Below are positions 23,485 through 64,000 of a DNA stretch of 64,000 bases, piece after piece (position 1 is the stretch's first letter; every line of letters starts with the position of its first letter). The notes under the pieces were generated by a model. The model did no database searches. It was not told where the DNA came from and saw nothing but the letters and a program-made list of their open reading frames with translations. Source of the stretch: Octopus sinensis (Eukaryota); NCBI RefSeq assembly GCF_006345805.1, contig NC_043003.1, forward strand, positions 106,144,001 to 106,208,000, read 5' to 3'. The position numbers and the translations under genes were made by a program.

Positions 23485-23620
23485 CAGTAATTCCTCGACT
23501 ATCGCGTGGGTTACGTTCCCAAACCTGCCAATTGGCCGCAGAATTCCACGATATAAATTTACATAGCCAGGAAAATCCGCGATGTACTGAGCGTGTGATA
23601 GGTGAACCGCGATATGGCGG
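23485..23620. mobile_element. Tc1/pogo-type MITE truncated by a SINE
   Basis: TA|CAGTAATTCCTCGACTATCGCG start; CCGCGATATGGCGGG at the right end. Confidence 0.45.
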
Positions 23621-24028
23621 GCTGTGTGGTAAGTAGCTTGCTTACGAACCACATGGTCCCGGGTTCAGTCCCTCTGCGTGGCACCTTATGCAAGTGTCTT
23701 CTACTATAGCCTCGGGCCGACCAAAGCCTTGTGAGTGGAGTTGGTAGACGGAAACTGAAAGAAGTCCGTCGTATATATGTATATATATATATGTATGTGT
23801 GTGTATATGTTTATAGCTTCTGTATATGTTTATTGTGTCTGTATTTGTCCCCCCAACATCGCTTGACAACCGATGCTGGTGTGCTTACGTCCTTGTAACT
23901 TAGCGGTTCGGCAAAAGAGACCGACAGAATAAGTACTTGGCTTACAAAGAATAAGTCCTGGGGTCGATTTGCTCGACTAAAGGCGGTGCTCCAGCATGGC
24001 CACAGTCAAACGACTGAAACAAGTAAAA
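23621..24028 (+). mobile_element. Major tRNA-derived SINE (slightly 5'-truncated)
   Basis: Match to family. Confidence 0.9.
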
Positions 24029-24279
24029 ATATATTCGCTCAAATTTTTATCTTCCGATGCTTTATCTGTTTATCTTCGCAATATATTTATCATCTTTATC
24101 CAGTTAAAGCCTGTTTTATCAAAACACACACACATTGCATTTAAAACAAAAATATTAGGATATATAAAGCGATTATCAAAGAGCTCAATAAAAGGGCAAA
24201 ATATCTTTAGACCCACCAAAATAATAATGGTATATCAAAACAAAATCGCTTTATATACATACATACATATATATATATA

Positions 24280-24450
24280 TTGGCGTTTTTCTTTCTCCGT
24301 CTTCCCTTCTTTGGACTTTTTTCTATATTTCTGACGAAGAGCTCCGCTCGAAACGTGAAATCCACTTTCTTTTCTTTCCTTACCTGAGCGTCCAATAACA
24401 CGATTTGTACCACGTCCTCGCGTTGTTGTTTTTTCTTGCTTGTTCTTGTT
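24280..24450 (+). mobile_element. Short dispersed repeat containing a hammerhead-like motif (copy 3 of 3)
   Basis: ttt-CTGACGA-A-GAGC tcc GCTC-GAAA-CG-TG-aaa at 24328-24360. Confidence 0.7.
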
Positions 24451-24456
24451 TGGATT

Positions 24457-24506
<50 letters not shown>

Positions 24507-24613
24507 GTATATATATACACGTAAAATATATATAGGGTGGTGAGTTTTTTTTTTTTGAATTTCACCACCAGTGGCCTAGCATGTATAAAAAGTCAATAGA
24601 CAACGTATTCTCA

Positions 24614-24876
24614 ATATAAAATAGTGTACATTTAAACACAAGAAGAGAAAACTGCCTTCAACAGGCAGTTTTTACACGCTAGAAGAAGCAGTCAAAACGA
24701 CCAAAACCACATTTAAGAGCAATGTTCAAAAGGAATGAAAAATAACGTATTTATTTTTCATTCCTTTTGAACATTGCTCTTAAATGTGGTTTTGGTCGTT
24801 TTGACTGCTTCTTCTAGCATGTAAAAATTACCTGTTGAAGGCAGTTTTCTCCTGTGTTTAAATATACAGTATTATA
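24614..24876. repeat. Near-perfect palindrome, about 130-bp arms, 5-nt loop
   Basis: Centred on CGTAT at 24746-24750. Confidence 0.92.
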
Positions 24877-26014
24877 TATATATGTATAATTGCTTGAAAT
24901 ACGGATTAGAAAAACAGCCGACAACTGATGAAGGGTCGTTTCTTGTGTTGCTCATCTTGTTCACCATTTATTTATTTCGTTGCTTGCAAAAAAGTCATTT
25001 TTCCATGTCCACGTATTTTTTGCTTATGTTTTGTGACGTCCTGTACCCACATATGCATATGTATATACGTATATGTATGTATGTGTGTATATATATTTAT
25101 ATTATATAAAGTAAACGAAAAGGGATTTGGAATTCGGGCTGGTACCTTATTAGCATTCTGATACAATCTAGATCTTGCAAATCACATCGAATGATAGGGT
25201 ACATACAGAAGTGTTTAAGAGTAAAAGGTCATTCTAAGTTTAAATGGTACCAGAACTAGAGTCATATCGTATTTCAAAGCAATCTCTGCTGTCATATACC
25301 CTGAGGTGTTTCTTTTTATTCCTCACCTAAAATATACCTTAAGAAGGACTATCTAACACTAGAAAACTCTGTTCGCTTCATCCACCCGCATGGATAATAC
25401 CTCCAATAAATTTCTACATAATATGCACTGCAAGTGAATCAACTAAATGCACGTAAATACTATGTCAAGGGACATTAGGACACTTATGCAGCAGAAACAC
25501 GTGTCGGGTTGGAATTTAATGAGAAAAATACTGTAATAATTAAGTTTTGAAGATGTATAATTCTCCATTCGCCATTGATATCTTGAGTGCATATGAGTTC
25601 AGGATTCTAGCGAATCAGGTACCTAAACAGTAAAACATCAAGTTCTGTCAAAGAAATAGTAATCGTGTACAAAACCAAATGAGAACATATACGTACATAT
25701 CAAAGTACAGACGAATTAATATCCCAGTGGCATATGCGATCAGAAGCGCCCGACTGAATACACCACGAGACTCAAAGCTGTACCTAGGAACACACACACA
25801 CTGCACCAATTGTACAGTGTTTAATAGACTCCAGATCCATGATAATTGCAGGTTCTGAGAAAGGTGAATAATAAATAACAACAGGTGAAAATTGGTTCAT
25901 TCACTACAAGCTAGCTTTTTTTGGAATCATGAAGTGGCATAATGTTGATTCTAGGAATGTTTTTTTTAATGTTTAATTCGTGTGTCTCAAAGCTGTACCT
26001 AGGAACACACACTA

Positions 26015-26092
26015 CACCTGATGAAAACGGTTTTTTCCCCCATAGATAACGCTATTCATCAATTAAAAAACTCTTTTGAAACAGCTGTAGTG
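26015..26092 (+). ncRNA. Type I hammerhead ribozyme motif with long AT-rich stem II
   Basis: CAC-CTGATGA-AAACGGTTTTTT...AAAAAACTCTTTT-GAAA-C AGCT G-TA-GTG. Confidence 0.75.
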
Positions 26093-26277
26093 AATGAACC
26101 ATTTTCCATTTGTTATATATATATAATCATCAGTTTTAAAATCCTTTATCCTTAATTCCAAAATCCAAAAACATATTTTTGATTGCTAGCATGACACACC
26201 AGAAATGGAAAATTCCATTTCCAGTTTTCCTTACATTTACCTGTAATCAAAATCCATGTTTTGTTTTTATATAAAAA

Positions 26278-26675
26278 CTAGCAGTATCGCCCGGCGTTGC
26301 TCGGGTTTGTAAGGGAAATAACTATATAAGCATTTTTAGAGATGTAAAGTATAATAGCCATCTCAATATGGCTAACCACAAAGGGGTGGGGTGTTACTGT
26401 AGCTTTTTACGTTCTGAGATTTAATAATAAATTTTTAGAGAGTTACTTCCATTATATATGCCAAAAATGCATTAAAAATGGGAAAAATTGATGGTAATTT
26501 TTTTTTTAAATCGTAGACTCATCGTAGACGCGCGCTAATACCCAGAAGGGCTCGATATGAATCACGACTAAAAGATACCCGGTTTTGGTTCAACTGCACC
26601 GCAAAATGTGGGAGTAGTTAGGAATCTAAATCGTAGGAGACAGACAGCACACAACCTCACTTTTATATATAAAGA
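26278..26675 (-). mobile_element. Non-autonomous Helitron, family 1
   Basis: a|TCTTTATATATAAAA start on minus strand; hairpin + CTAG|t end. Confidence 0.85.
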
Positions 26676-27709
26676 TTTTACTGTAACTTTTTTAATGAAA
26701 ACACAACTTGGTAAGTGATTACCAATAACTCACAATGATGTCATCGATGACGTAATCTCTCTCTCTCCGACTCGACATAGTTGTAAGGTTCTGGGACTGC
26801 ATTTATCTTCAAGCTAATCAGCAACAATGATCATGCTTTGTACTGTTGTTTTTTGTGTCTAGCAGCAGAAAACGTTACTTTCACATGAGACCTGGATTTC
26901 ATTTCCATGTACGAGTGTCACATGACTAGCACTATTACTTATAAGATGCTTTAAAAATAAAACCTTTTATCTTTTACTTGTATCATTCATTAGACTGCGG
27001 CCATGCTGGGGCAGCGCCTGGAATAATTTTTAGTCGAATAAATCGACCTCAGTACTTTTTCTTTTGAAGCGAAGCACTTGGTCGGACAGCTAAGTTACGG
27101 AGGTTGGAAAAATAGTAATACCAGTTGTCAAGCAGTCGGTGGTGGTGGGGATAAACACACACACACACACACACACACATGTATAGGACGGACTTCTTTA
27201 AGTTTCCATCTACCAAATCCGCTTAAGGATTTAATCGGCCCGGCGCTACAGAAGACACTTACCCTAAGTGCCACGCTGCTGTTAAAAATTTATGTATAAA
27301 CACATCCAAGGTGTACGTATAAGCTATATTATGAAATGAAATCCGAAACACATTCGATTTTATAAATTTCGGATACGGGATCCGTAATATCTCCGGTGTT
27401 CGTGTGTGTACGTATGTGTGTGATTATGTGACTGCATTTATGGGAGCCATGTGGCATTGTATGGATGACCCTAAACTGTTTTCCGATCGTGTTTTACGCG
27501 CGTCTAAGTACACTCACCGACCCCACCCATTTTAACTGGCGTGTTTTTCCATTTTCCATTGCTTCAGATGCTGAAGACTGGCGGGATTTCCACTATGGCA
27601 GCCAACTTATGCTGCAGAAATGAGACCGTTTTCCACAATCAATATTATGTTTGGTTTCAAGTCAAATCGTCCAACCCATGCTAGCATGGAAAGCGGACGT
27701 TAAACGCTG

Positions 27710-27768
<59 letters not shown>

Positions 27769-28216
27769 AAATGCTTCTAAATATGGGGAAAACCTTTTCT
27801 GTTTGTATGCTTCATTAAAAATACAACTATGTTCAAAGTTTATCTTTTATTTTATATTTAATAGATTTTTGCAGTCGGTCTAGAACGGTAGAGTTTCTAA
27901 ATCCATAACCGACGTTTCTAAGCCTTCATATTCTCATTATCAAGAAGTAGATTGAATTCCTGTAGACGTTGCCTCAAAAGTTTTTTGACTGTTCGCATCG
28001 TGCATCATGTCACGTATTGATATGCATATTGCAGTCAACTTTTGAGCGACCGCTCGATTTATTTTTTTATGTTAGTAACCACGTGTTAATTTCTGATGTG
28101 TTTGCCTGTAAATCTTGTTACTGCTTGTGAGAGTGTGTGTTTGTATACACACACGCGCGCACATGTTACTATCGAACAGTGAGAATGAGTCCTCAGCGCC
28201 GCATTGGTAGATATTC

Positions 28217-28586
28217 TTTATTTGTGCGTTAACAAAGCTACCAATGGTTTCATGCCGAGAGAAATATTTCAACAATTATCAAACCTGCCCCATGGGAACG
28301 TTGATACTCGCCCACATCTTGGCTGAGAATACACGAAGCTACACAACACACCACGGGGTTTAGGGATAAACAAGCAATTAGGCAATTTATTATTATGATT
28401 TTCCAATAAGTTATCTCTCATGATCTGTATATTTGTTTATCCCGAAATCCCGTACATACTCATGTAGCTTCGTGTATTCTCATCCGAAATGAAGGCGAGT
28501 TCTAACGTTCCCACGGAGCAGGCTTGATAACTGTTGAGATTTCATCTGCATGGAACCATTGATAGCCTTGTTGATCCACAAATAAA
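28217..28586. mobile_element. Foldback/MITE element with about 155-bp diverged arms
   Basis: For example TGAGAATACACGAAGCTACA pairs with TGTAGCTTCGTGTATTCTCA, and GGGATAAACAA with TTGTTTATCCC. Confidence 0.8.
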
Positions 28587-29039
28587 TTTTACGTGTGCGT
28601 ATATTTATATACATCTATGCTTGTCCAATCATACTTTGGTTTTCAACACCAGGTATAAAGCCGTCTCCCTCTTTCTTGAATATACCCGAGAACCGTCTTA
28701 ACAGCATTCTAGGCACCCGGGAAAATCAATGCACTGAGCTCTGTAGCAGTTATCTATTGACAGCAAGGCACAACATACATCGATCAGAATCGAGTCCCTT
28801 GACCTATGAGGCTCCGGGTAACTACCCAGTGTGCCCAAGCTTTAAGACAGCACTGACACACCCTATCCCACTCAGCCAAGGGGGGTGGGGTTTCCTTTTC
28901 TCTTGCAAGCATCTTTACTCTCACCAAATGTTCTCAACATGACCCGGGCCGAAGTCTCGGTCCTCTGCGACTTCCTCTCATTTTTCCACGTCTGCACCTT
29001 ATCCAATTGCTGTAAAATCCTGTACGTCTTCTGCCTCCT

Positions 29040-29420
29040 CCAGTCAAACCCACCATCCTCCTCTCCTCATTTAAGCGTGCCCGTAACCTACTCAAATTCA
29101 TGATCCGTAGCTCCATCTTCTCTCCCCTGTCTTGGATTCTCCTTTTGTTTTCAGTTTTGTTCCATTGTCAGTTTGTCACCCCAACCACCATCTCCATCAT
29201 GAAACCCAGTTGTCACGCTTCCATATTTATGATACCTCAACCGCAGCCATCTATTACCTCAAACGTTCTCTCTCTAATGCCTCGTATCTAGGTAAAACCG
29301 GACACTAACAGATTCCCGAAACACTCTCGCGACATCTGGCTCGGCCACTTCCACTCCGTGGATTAATCAACATGCCTTTCCGTGTTCGACTTGTAAGGTT
29401 GGACCAATCTGGCAAATTCC
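29040..29420 (+). pseudogene. Decayed Penelope-like GIY-YIG endonuclease fragment
   Basis: PPILLSSFKRARNL..IRSS linker, then AIYYLKRSLSNASYLGKTG and, after a frameshift, RFPKHSRDI...HFHS. Confidence 0.65.
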
Positions 29421-29489
29421 AGGCTTCGCAGAGAGCTTCTCGTGAAATTAACGTACAAGTAGCTGAGCACTCCACGCACACGCGTATGG

Positions 29490-29876
29490 ATGGAAGCACT
29501 CCGTCGGTTACGACGATGAGGGTTCCGGTTGATCCGAATCAATAGAACAGCCTGCTCGTGAAATTAACGTGTAAATGGCTGAGCACTCCACAGACACGTG
29601 TACCCTTAACGTAGTTCTCGGGGATATTCAGCGTGACACAGAGAGTGACAAGGCCGGCCCCTTGAAATACAGGTACAACAGAAACAGGAAGTAAGAGTGA
29701 GAGAAAGTTGTGGTGAAAGAGTATAGCAGGGATCACCACCATCCCCTGCCGGAGCCTCGTGGAGCTTTATGGCGTTTTCGCTCAATAAACACTCACAACG
29801 CCCGGTCTGGGAATCGAAAACGCGATCCTATGACCGCGAGTCCGCTGCCCTAACCACTGGGCCATTGCGCCTCCAC
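29490..29876 (-). mobile_element. tRNA-Arg-headed SINE family A, full length
   Basis: TGGCCCAGTGGTTAGGGCAGCGGACTCGCGGTC...TTCGATTCCC head; tail differs from family B. Confidence 0.85.
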
Positions 29877-30684
29877 ACGCGTATACTAAGCGTTGCTCTC
29901 AAGGATACACAAAATATGACAAGGCTGGCTCTTTAAGTCCAACTCATTTTTGCCAGCAGAGTGTACTGGAACAACGTTAAATAAAGCGTTTTGCTTAAGG
30001 ACAACGCTCAGCCGGAAATCGAACTCATGGTCGTACAATCGTGAGCAGAACACCCTAACCACTAAGCCATGCGCCTTTACCAGCCTTGTACATACAACAC
30101 ACAACATAGTGGTGAAGATTAGTTTTCTGCACATGATAAACAACTCTACCACTTTCCTCATACAAACGGACACACACCATTTCACTCTCCTGCCTCAATA
30201 ATTTCCAGACGTTCATTGACCAGTAGGTACATGTGAACACAAACCTGTGCAAAGATGTATACAGACTGTGCACACAAGAAATACTCTTGCATCCATCACA
30301 CACACACACTTGGATGCAGGCACATGGCTAATTTACTCTTATCTCTAAAAGTAAGCCCATTTAACACACCACCCAACTTCCGGTCAGTCAATGGCCAGCA
30401 TGTTGACCAAGTGGATTTTTCACCTGTATAACACAATTTTTTCTCTTACTTTTTTATCTTCTATCACTCTCCATCTTATTCCAAAGAAGTGCAAATTCTC
30501 AAATGTCATAATAATTTAACTCTTTCTATTCCTTTGGGTGGCAAACATTTTTTTTAATGGTGAACTTATCTGAATTTGTTTACATTTTCGTTCTTTGCCA
30601 GACGCACACGTAATTCCTTCACAGTACTCTCAAAGATACTCACCTGATAATGTGTGAGTACACAGCTACTGCTGTATCATATAA

Positions 30685-31070
30685 TCTATATATATAAAAC
30701 TGTAGTTGTGTGAGTGTCTGTCCCCTTCGATTTAGATTCCTAACTACTCCCACATTTTGCGGTGCAGTGTAACCAAAAGTGGGTATCTTATAGTCATGAT
30801 TCATATCGAGCCCTTCTGGGTATTAGCACGCATCTACGATGAGTCTACGATTTAAAAAAAAATTTACCATCATTTTTTCCATTTTAATGCATTTTTTTCG
30901 CTATTATATAAGGGAAGTAACTCTCTAAAAATGTCTGATGAGTCAACGATTAAAAAAAATTTACCATAATTTTTTTTCCATTTTTAATGCATTTTTTTGG
31001 CTATAACTCTAAAAATGCTTATATAGTTATTTCCGTTACAAACCCGAGCAACGCCGGGTGATACTGCTAG
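30685..31070 (+). mobile_element. Non-autonomous Helitron, family 1
   Basis: a|TC start, hairpin, CTAG|t end; internal duplication. Confidence 0.85.
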
Positions 31071-31176
31071 TATTTAAATAATTTGTATAACAGGGAAAAC
31101 TCAGCAACTGACAATTGCTACTAATATACACCAAAACAATTGAAACAGCTGTAGTGAATGAACCATTTTCCATTTG

Positions 31177-31209
<33 letters not shown>

Positions 31210-31437
31210 CATCAGTTTTAAAATCCTTTATCCTTAATTCCAAAATCCCAAAAAATGTTTTGATTGCTCTTTCACATGAGACCTGGATTTCATTTCCATG
31301 AACGAGTGTCACATGACTAGCACTATTACTTACAAGATACTTTAAAAATAAAACCTTTTATCTTTTACTTGTATCATTCATTAGACTGCTTCGTGTGTTT
31401 GTGTGCAATTTCTGCCATCTAGAAAAAAGGATATTCT

Positions 31438-31823
31438 CTTACTTGTTTCAGTCATTTGACTGTGGCCATGCTGGAGCACCGCCTTTAGTCAAACAACTCG
31501 ACCTCGGGACTTATTCTTTGTAAGCCTAGTACTAATTCTATCGCTCTCTTTTGCTGAACCGCTAAGTTATGCGGATGTAAACAAACCAGCATCAGCTGTC
31601 AATCGATAGTGGGGGGGGGGGGCAAACAGATATGCACACGCACACATATATATATATATACGACGGGCTTCTTTCAGTTTCCAACTACCAAATCCACTCA
31701 CAAGGCTTTGGTCAGCCTGAGACTACAGTAGAAGACACTTGCCCAAGATACCATGCAGTGGGACTGAACCTGGAACCAAGTGGTTGGGAAGCAAGCTTCT
31801 TACCACACAGCCACGCCTGCACC
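31438..31823 (-). mobile_element. Major tRNA-derived SINE (diverged, CpG-decayed)
   Basis: Match to family. Confidence 0.85.
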
Positions 31824-32179
31824 TACAAGGAAATAAAATTTCAATTTCCATTCCTCCCTCTTGGCTCTGTGATATAGATTCACCATTCTTAGCATCATGA
31901 AGCCAGATGGGTAAGTTTGTGATAAACACACACACACACGTATGAAAATGTGTGGTTATAGGGCCTTATGTGATTGACCACAGAGTGCTGGATGTTATAC
32001 ATCAGTGATCACAATTCACTTTGCATTGGTTTAGCTTTTGAATGATGCCACTCTGCTGGTTAGGCATCATTCTCCTTCACTGGATGGTTAGTCAGTAGCA
32101 ATGTCACTCATTTACAGCTGAGTGGACTGGGGCAACATGTAATGAAGTGTTTTGTTCCAGAGCATAGTGTGTAGCCAGT

Positions 32180-32475
32180 TTCCTTCCTTCTCGAGCTATG
32201 CCTAGCTCATAAGGGCCGGTTTCCCGGTTTCCTTGGCGTATGGGTTCCCCACCTGGACGGGATGCCAGTCCGTCACAGGTGAGCTGCAAAATGCAGGAGG
32301 AAAGAGTGAGAGAAAGTTGTGACAAAAGAGTCAGCAGAAGTTCGCCATCACCTTCTGCCGGAGCCGTATGGAGCTTAGGTGTTTCGCTCATAAACACACA
32401 CATTGCCCGGTCTGAGATTCGAACCTGCGATCCCCCGACCACGAGTCCGCTGTTCTAACCACTAGGCCATATGCT
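32180..32475 (-). mobile_element. tRNA-Arg-headed SINE family B, full length
   Basis: Head shared with family A; GGTTCGAATCTC B-box; distinct tail ending GAAGGAAGGAA. Confidence 0.85.
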
Positions 32476-32572
32476 TCTAGGTGTAGCCAGTTTGTGAATT
32501 GAAACCACGATCCCATGATTGTGAGCACAACATGCTTAACCACTAGACATGTTTTCACTCACACACACGCAG

Positions 32573-32773
32573 GTACTGAAAAGCTCCTGGTTTTAATGGT
32601 ATTGCGAAAGGCCTGGTTGGAGGCCCAACCTCCCGAGTTCTTTTACAGTGCTTAGAAAAACTGATGGATTGCTGCAATAAGTGTGTGAATCTGAGAGAGG
32701 AATATGTTTAATAAAATCATAATTAACTGATCTTCTTGTATTTTCTTTTACCCAAAGCCAGGGACTTTTCAGC
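32573..32773 (+). mobile_element. Internally deleted mariner derivative (MITE)
   Basis: TIRs CTGAAAAGCTCCTGG / CCAGGGACTTTTCAG; retains transposase C-terminus WLEAQPPEFF..LEKLMDCCNKCVNLREEYV. Confidence 0.7.
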
Positions 32774-32792
32774 AGAGTGTGTGACTCTTTAA

Positions 32793-32990
32793 CCCTTTCG
32801 TTACCAACCCGGCTCAGGATCTTTAATATACATGTCTTGTTTCCATAAATTTTGAATTAAAATCTTCCACCAATTTATGTTCTTAACACTAGCTGAATGA
32901 TAACTAAGTTATTTTACTAAATTCTTTGTTATATTTAAAATAATTGAAAGAAACACAGGGCATTTCTAAATAAATTCAGTAACGAAAGGG
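32793..32990. mobile_element. piggyBac-type MITE
   Basis: TTAA|CCCTTTCGTTAC ... GTAACGAAAGGG|TTAA; second copy at 60272-60490. Confidence 0.88.
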
Positions 32991-33578
32991 TTAAATGCTA
33001 TTGTGTTATATGTAGCAAACCATATTTGATGGCTAAAAAAGATGCATAAGCATATAAGATGCACCCCAAGTTTGGCAGAGAACAATCAAGGAAAAAGGTT
33101 TCAAATGAATTAATATTTAAGGCAGCCCAGATTGGCATAGGGCCCAGGCAATTTTTTGAGAATAATTTTTTTTGGGGGAAAAGAGAGCCGCCAGGTGGCA
33201 CGTAAAAAAACCATTTGGGCGTGGCTGATGCCAGTGCCACTTGACTGGCACTTGTGTCAGTGACATGTAAAAGGCCCCCACTACACTCTCGGAGTGGTTA
33301 GCGTTAGGCAGGGCAACTAGCTGTAGGAACCTTGCCAAATCAGATTGGAGCCAGGTGCAGCCTCCTGGTTTACCAGTTCTCAATCAAATTGTCCAATGCA
33401 TGCCAGTATGGAATGTGGGTGTTAAACAATGACGATGAATGCATCTTATATTCCATCAAATAGGGTTCAGTGCCACCGCATGGCACTTTGGGCAAGTGTC
33501 TTCTGCTATAGCAGAAGCTTTGTGATTGAATTTGGTAGGCGGAAGTTACTGCCATGTGTGTAGATGCTTGTGCTTCTG

Positions 33579-33641
<63 letters not shown>

Positions 33642-33659
33642 TGGTAATTGTTATTGCTT

Positions 33660-34525
33660 AACAAAATTTATTTGCAGACCCCATGAAAAATAACAACCAT
33701 GTTAATTGTCAAATATATCTGTATATTATCGTATATACAATTTAAAACAAAGACATCCCTAGTGGTGGTGGTGGTGGTAGTGGGGGTCATTTTTTCTTTT
33801 GGGTTTTACAAGTTTTTCACATATTCTTTGGCTTTTTGGTAAACAAAACTCAAAATAATGAGTGAGAAATAAAACAATTTGTAACAGTGTGTATATGTGT
33901 GTGCATATATATATACACACACACATACACTTGTATAATATATATGTGTATGCATATATCTATATATCCCTGAAGAAAATATAGGGTGGGTATATTTATC
34001 GCTATGTACCCACGGATGCAAGCATAATAAAATGAATAGACCATTGAAGAATTCCCACTTCTTTTTTTCTTTGTGTTTGTTGATTGTTTTTGGTGTCTTA
34101 TTGTTAGTCTTCTTCTTTTTCTTGTTTACCGCCATCCACCCCACCCCCACCCACTCCAAATATGAAGAACCAGCTGTCATTTTCAGCACAATTTTTTCAC
34201 ATTTTTTTCTGTTTTTCTTCTCTTTTTTTTTTTTTTGGGTCAAGTCAATGATATTTACGGAGAAAGAAGTGAATCGGAGTACAAAACAGCTAAGTACCTG
34301 GGTGGGTGGGGTAGACAGGGAAACTTGTCAGCTAAATGTGAACTAAACACAGGAGGATTAATATGGATTAAAATGTTGCTTTTCTTTTAAGAACCAAGCC
34401 ACGGTACCTTTTTGCTTTTTTATTATTTCCATATATTTTTTCAGAGGCAGCAGTTTTGCCAACAGCATGGTTGACCTTAGAACACCTTCAATGAGACAGA
34501 CAAATGGCCCTTGTTTGACAGTTCA

Positions 34526-34556
<31 letters not shown>

Positions 34557-34817
34557 AGTGTGTATAGCCATGGTACACATATGTACATGCAATTACCATT
34601 TGATGATGAATGGTGCCAAGAGGGCTGGGGTGGGTAGGTGATTGGTTAAATCAAAGAGGAGGGGAGGCTGGCAAGTTGGAGGTGAGGACCATTTGCATAG
34701 CAGTGGTGTTCATTCATTTCTCATAGCTTCACACAATGAAACATATATATATATATACATATATATTTGTATATAAAATACTTGACTCCAAAACATAGTA
34801 AATGAGAATAAAATCCT
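33660..34817 (-). other. Probable 3' UTR of the sorting nexin gene
   Basis: Follows the stop codon and is largely free of SINEs; minus-strand AATAAA at 34419-34424 and 33667-33672. True end unknown. Confidence 0.45.
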
Positions 34818-63562
<28,745 letters not shown>

Positions 63563-63717
63563 TTATGATGTATCTACACAGATTAGAGAGTGACAAAGAC
63601 AATATTGCTTATAGAGAGAATTATAAAGAAGGGTGGTTCTAGGAGATGATCAAATAAGCTGAGTGAGATTAATTTATAACACAGCTGGATGCTGAGAACA
63701 GGAAATGAATAGAAATT

Positions 63718-63940
63718 CATCATCATTAGGTGTCATCTGCTCCCAGCAGGTTCAATATCAAGTATCTCCATTTGGGTCTTTTCCTTGCCATTCTTAGGCA
63801 TTCACCATGGGATGGTTTAATCCAGTCCTTGATGTTAGGAAACCAGTTTGTTTGAGGTCTTCCTCTCAAGCATTTGCCATAATTCTTTCATTAACCATGG
63901 TGTGCTAGAATATTCTACACGATAATACCAGTGAAGGGAG
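63718..63940 (-). mobile_element. RTE-type LINE 3' fragment
   Basis: GKCLRGRPQTNWFPNIKDW followed by short UTR and (GAT)n. Confidence 0.55.
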
Positions 63941-64000
63941 AGAGAAATCCAAATAGGATTGATTAGTGTCAACATATGCTGTATATGTCAGGTGTAAAGT

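Noticed and set aside
29800-29876. tRNA-Arg-like sequence (also 7870-7947, 12228-12300, 32405-32475)
   Set aside because: SINE heads continuous with SINE bodies; no proper acceptor stem seen
30935-30960. CTGATGAG inside a Helitron
   Set aside because: Arises by deletion from CTACGATGAG seen in sister repeats; no hammerhead fold

Overview
AT-rich, microsatellite- and SINE-dense eukaryotic DNA, most consistent with an octopod cephalopod genome (inferred from the repeat families, not verified). The right half holds the last nine coding exons (951 nt, 316 aa plus stop) of a minus-strand SNX9/18/33-family sorting nexin (PX + BAR); splice sites and phases were checked by hand, and the 5' end lies beyond the window. 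The rest is transposon-derived: at least four SINE-like families, two full-length dead mariners plus mariner MITEs, non-autonomous Helitrons, hAT-, piggyBac- and Merlin-like MITEs, and LINE remnants (CR1-group, Tx1/L1, RTE, R4/Dong) plus a Gypsy remnant. The most striking signal is a dense set of more than a dozen minimal type I hammerhead ribozyme motifs. Their cores include canonical C3-G8, a compensatory G3-C8 variant and a possible U3-A8 variant. They sit in long palindromes (one motif per strand), as a tandem pair inside a foldback element, or in short dispersed repeats, next to decayed Penelope-like RT and GIY-YIG remnants. Other points: a LINE/SINE shared 3' tail, tandem compact pseudoknot-like modules in one SINE family, and an apparent CpG-depletion boundary near the gene. 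Almost all ORFs in the supplied track are microsatellite or SINE artefacts. All structures were read by eye; no folding or database search was run.
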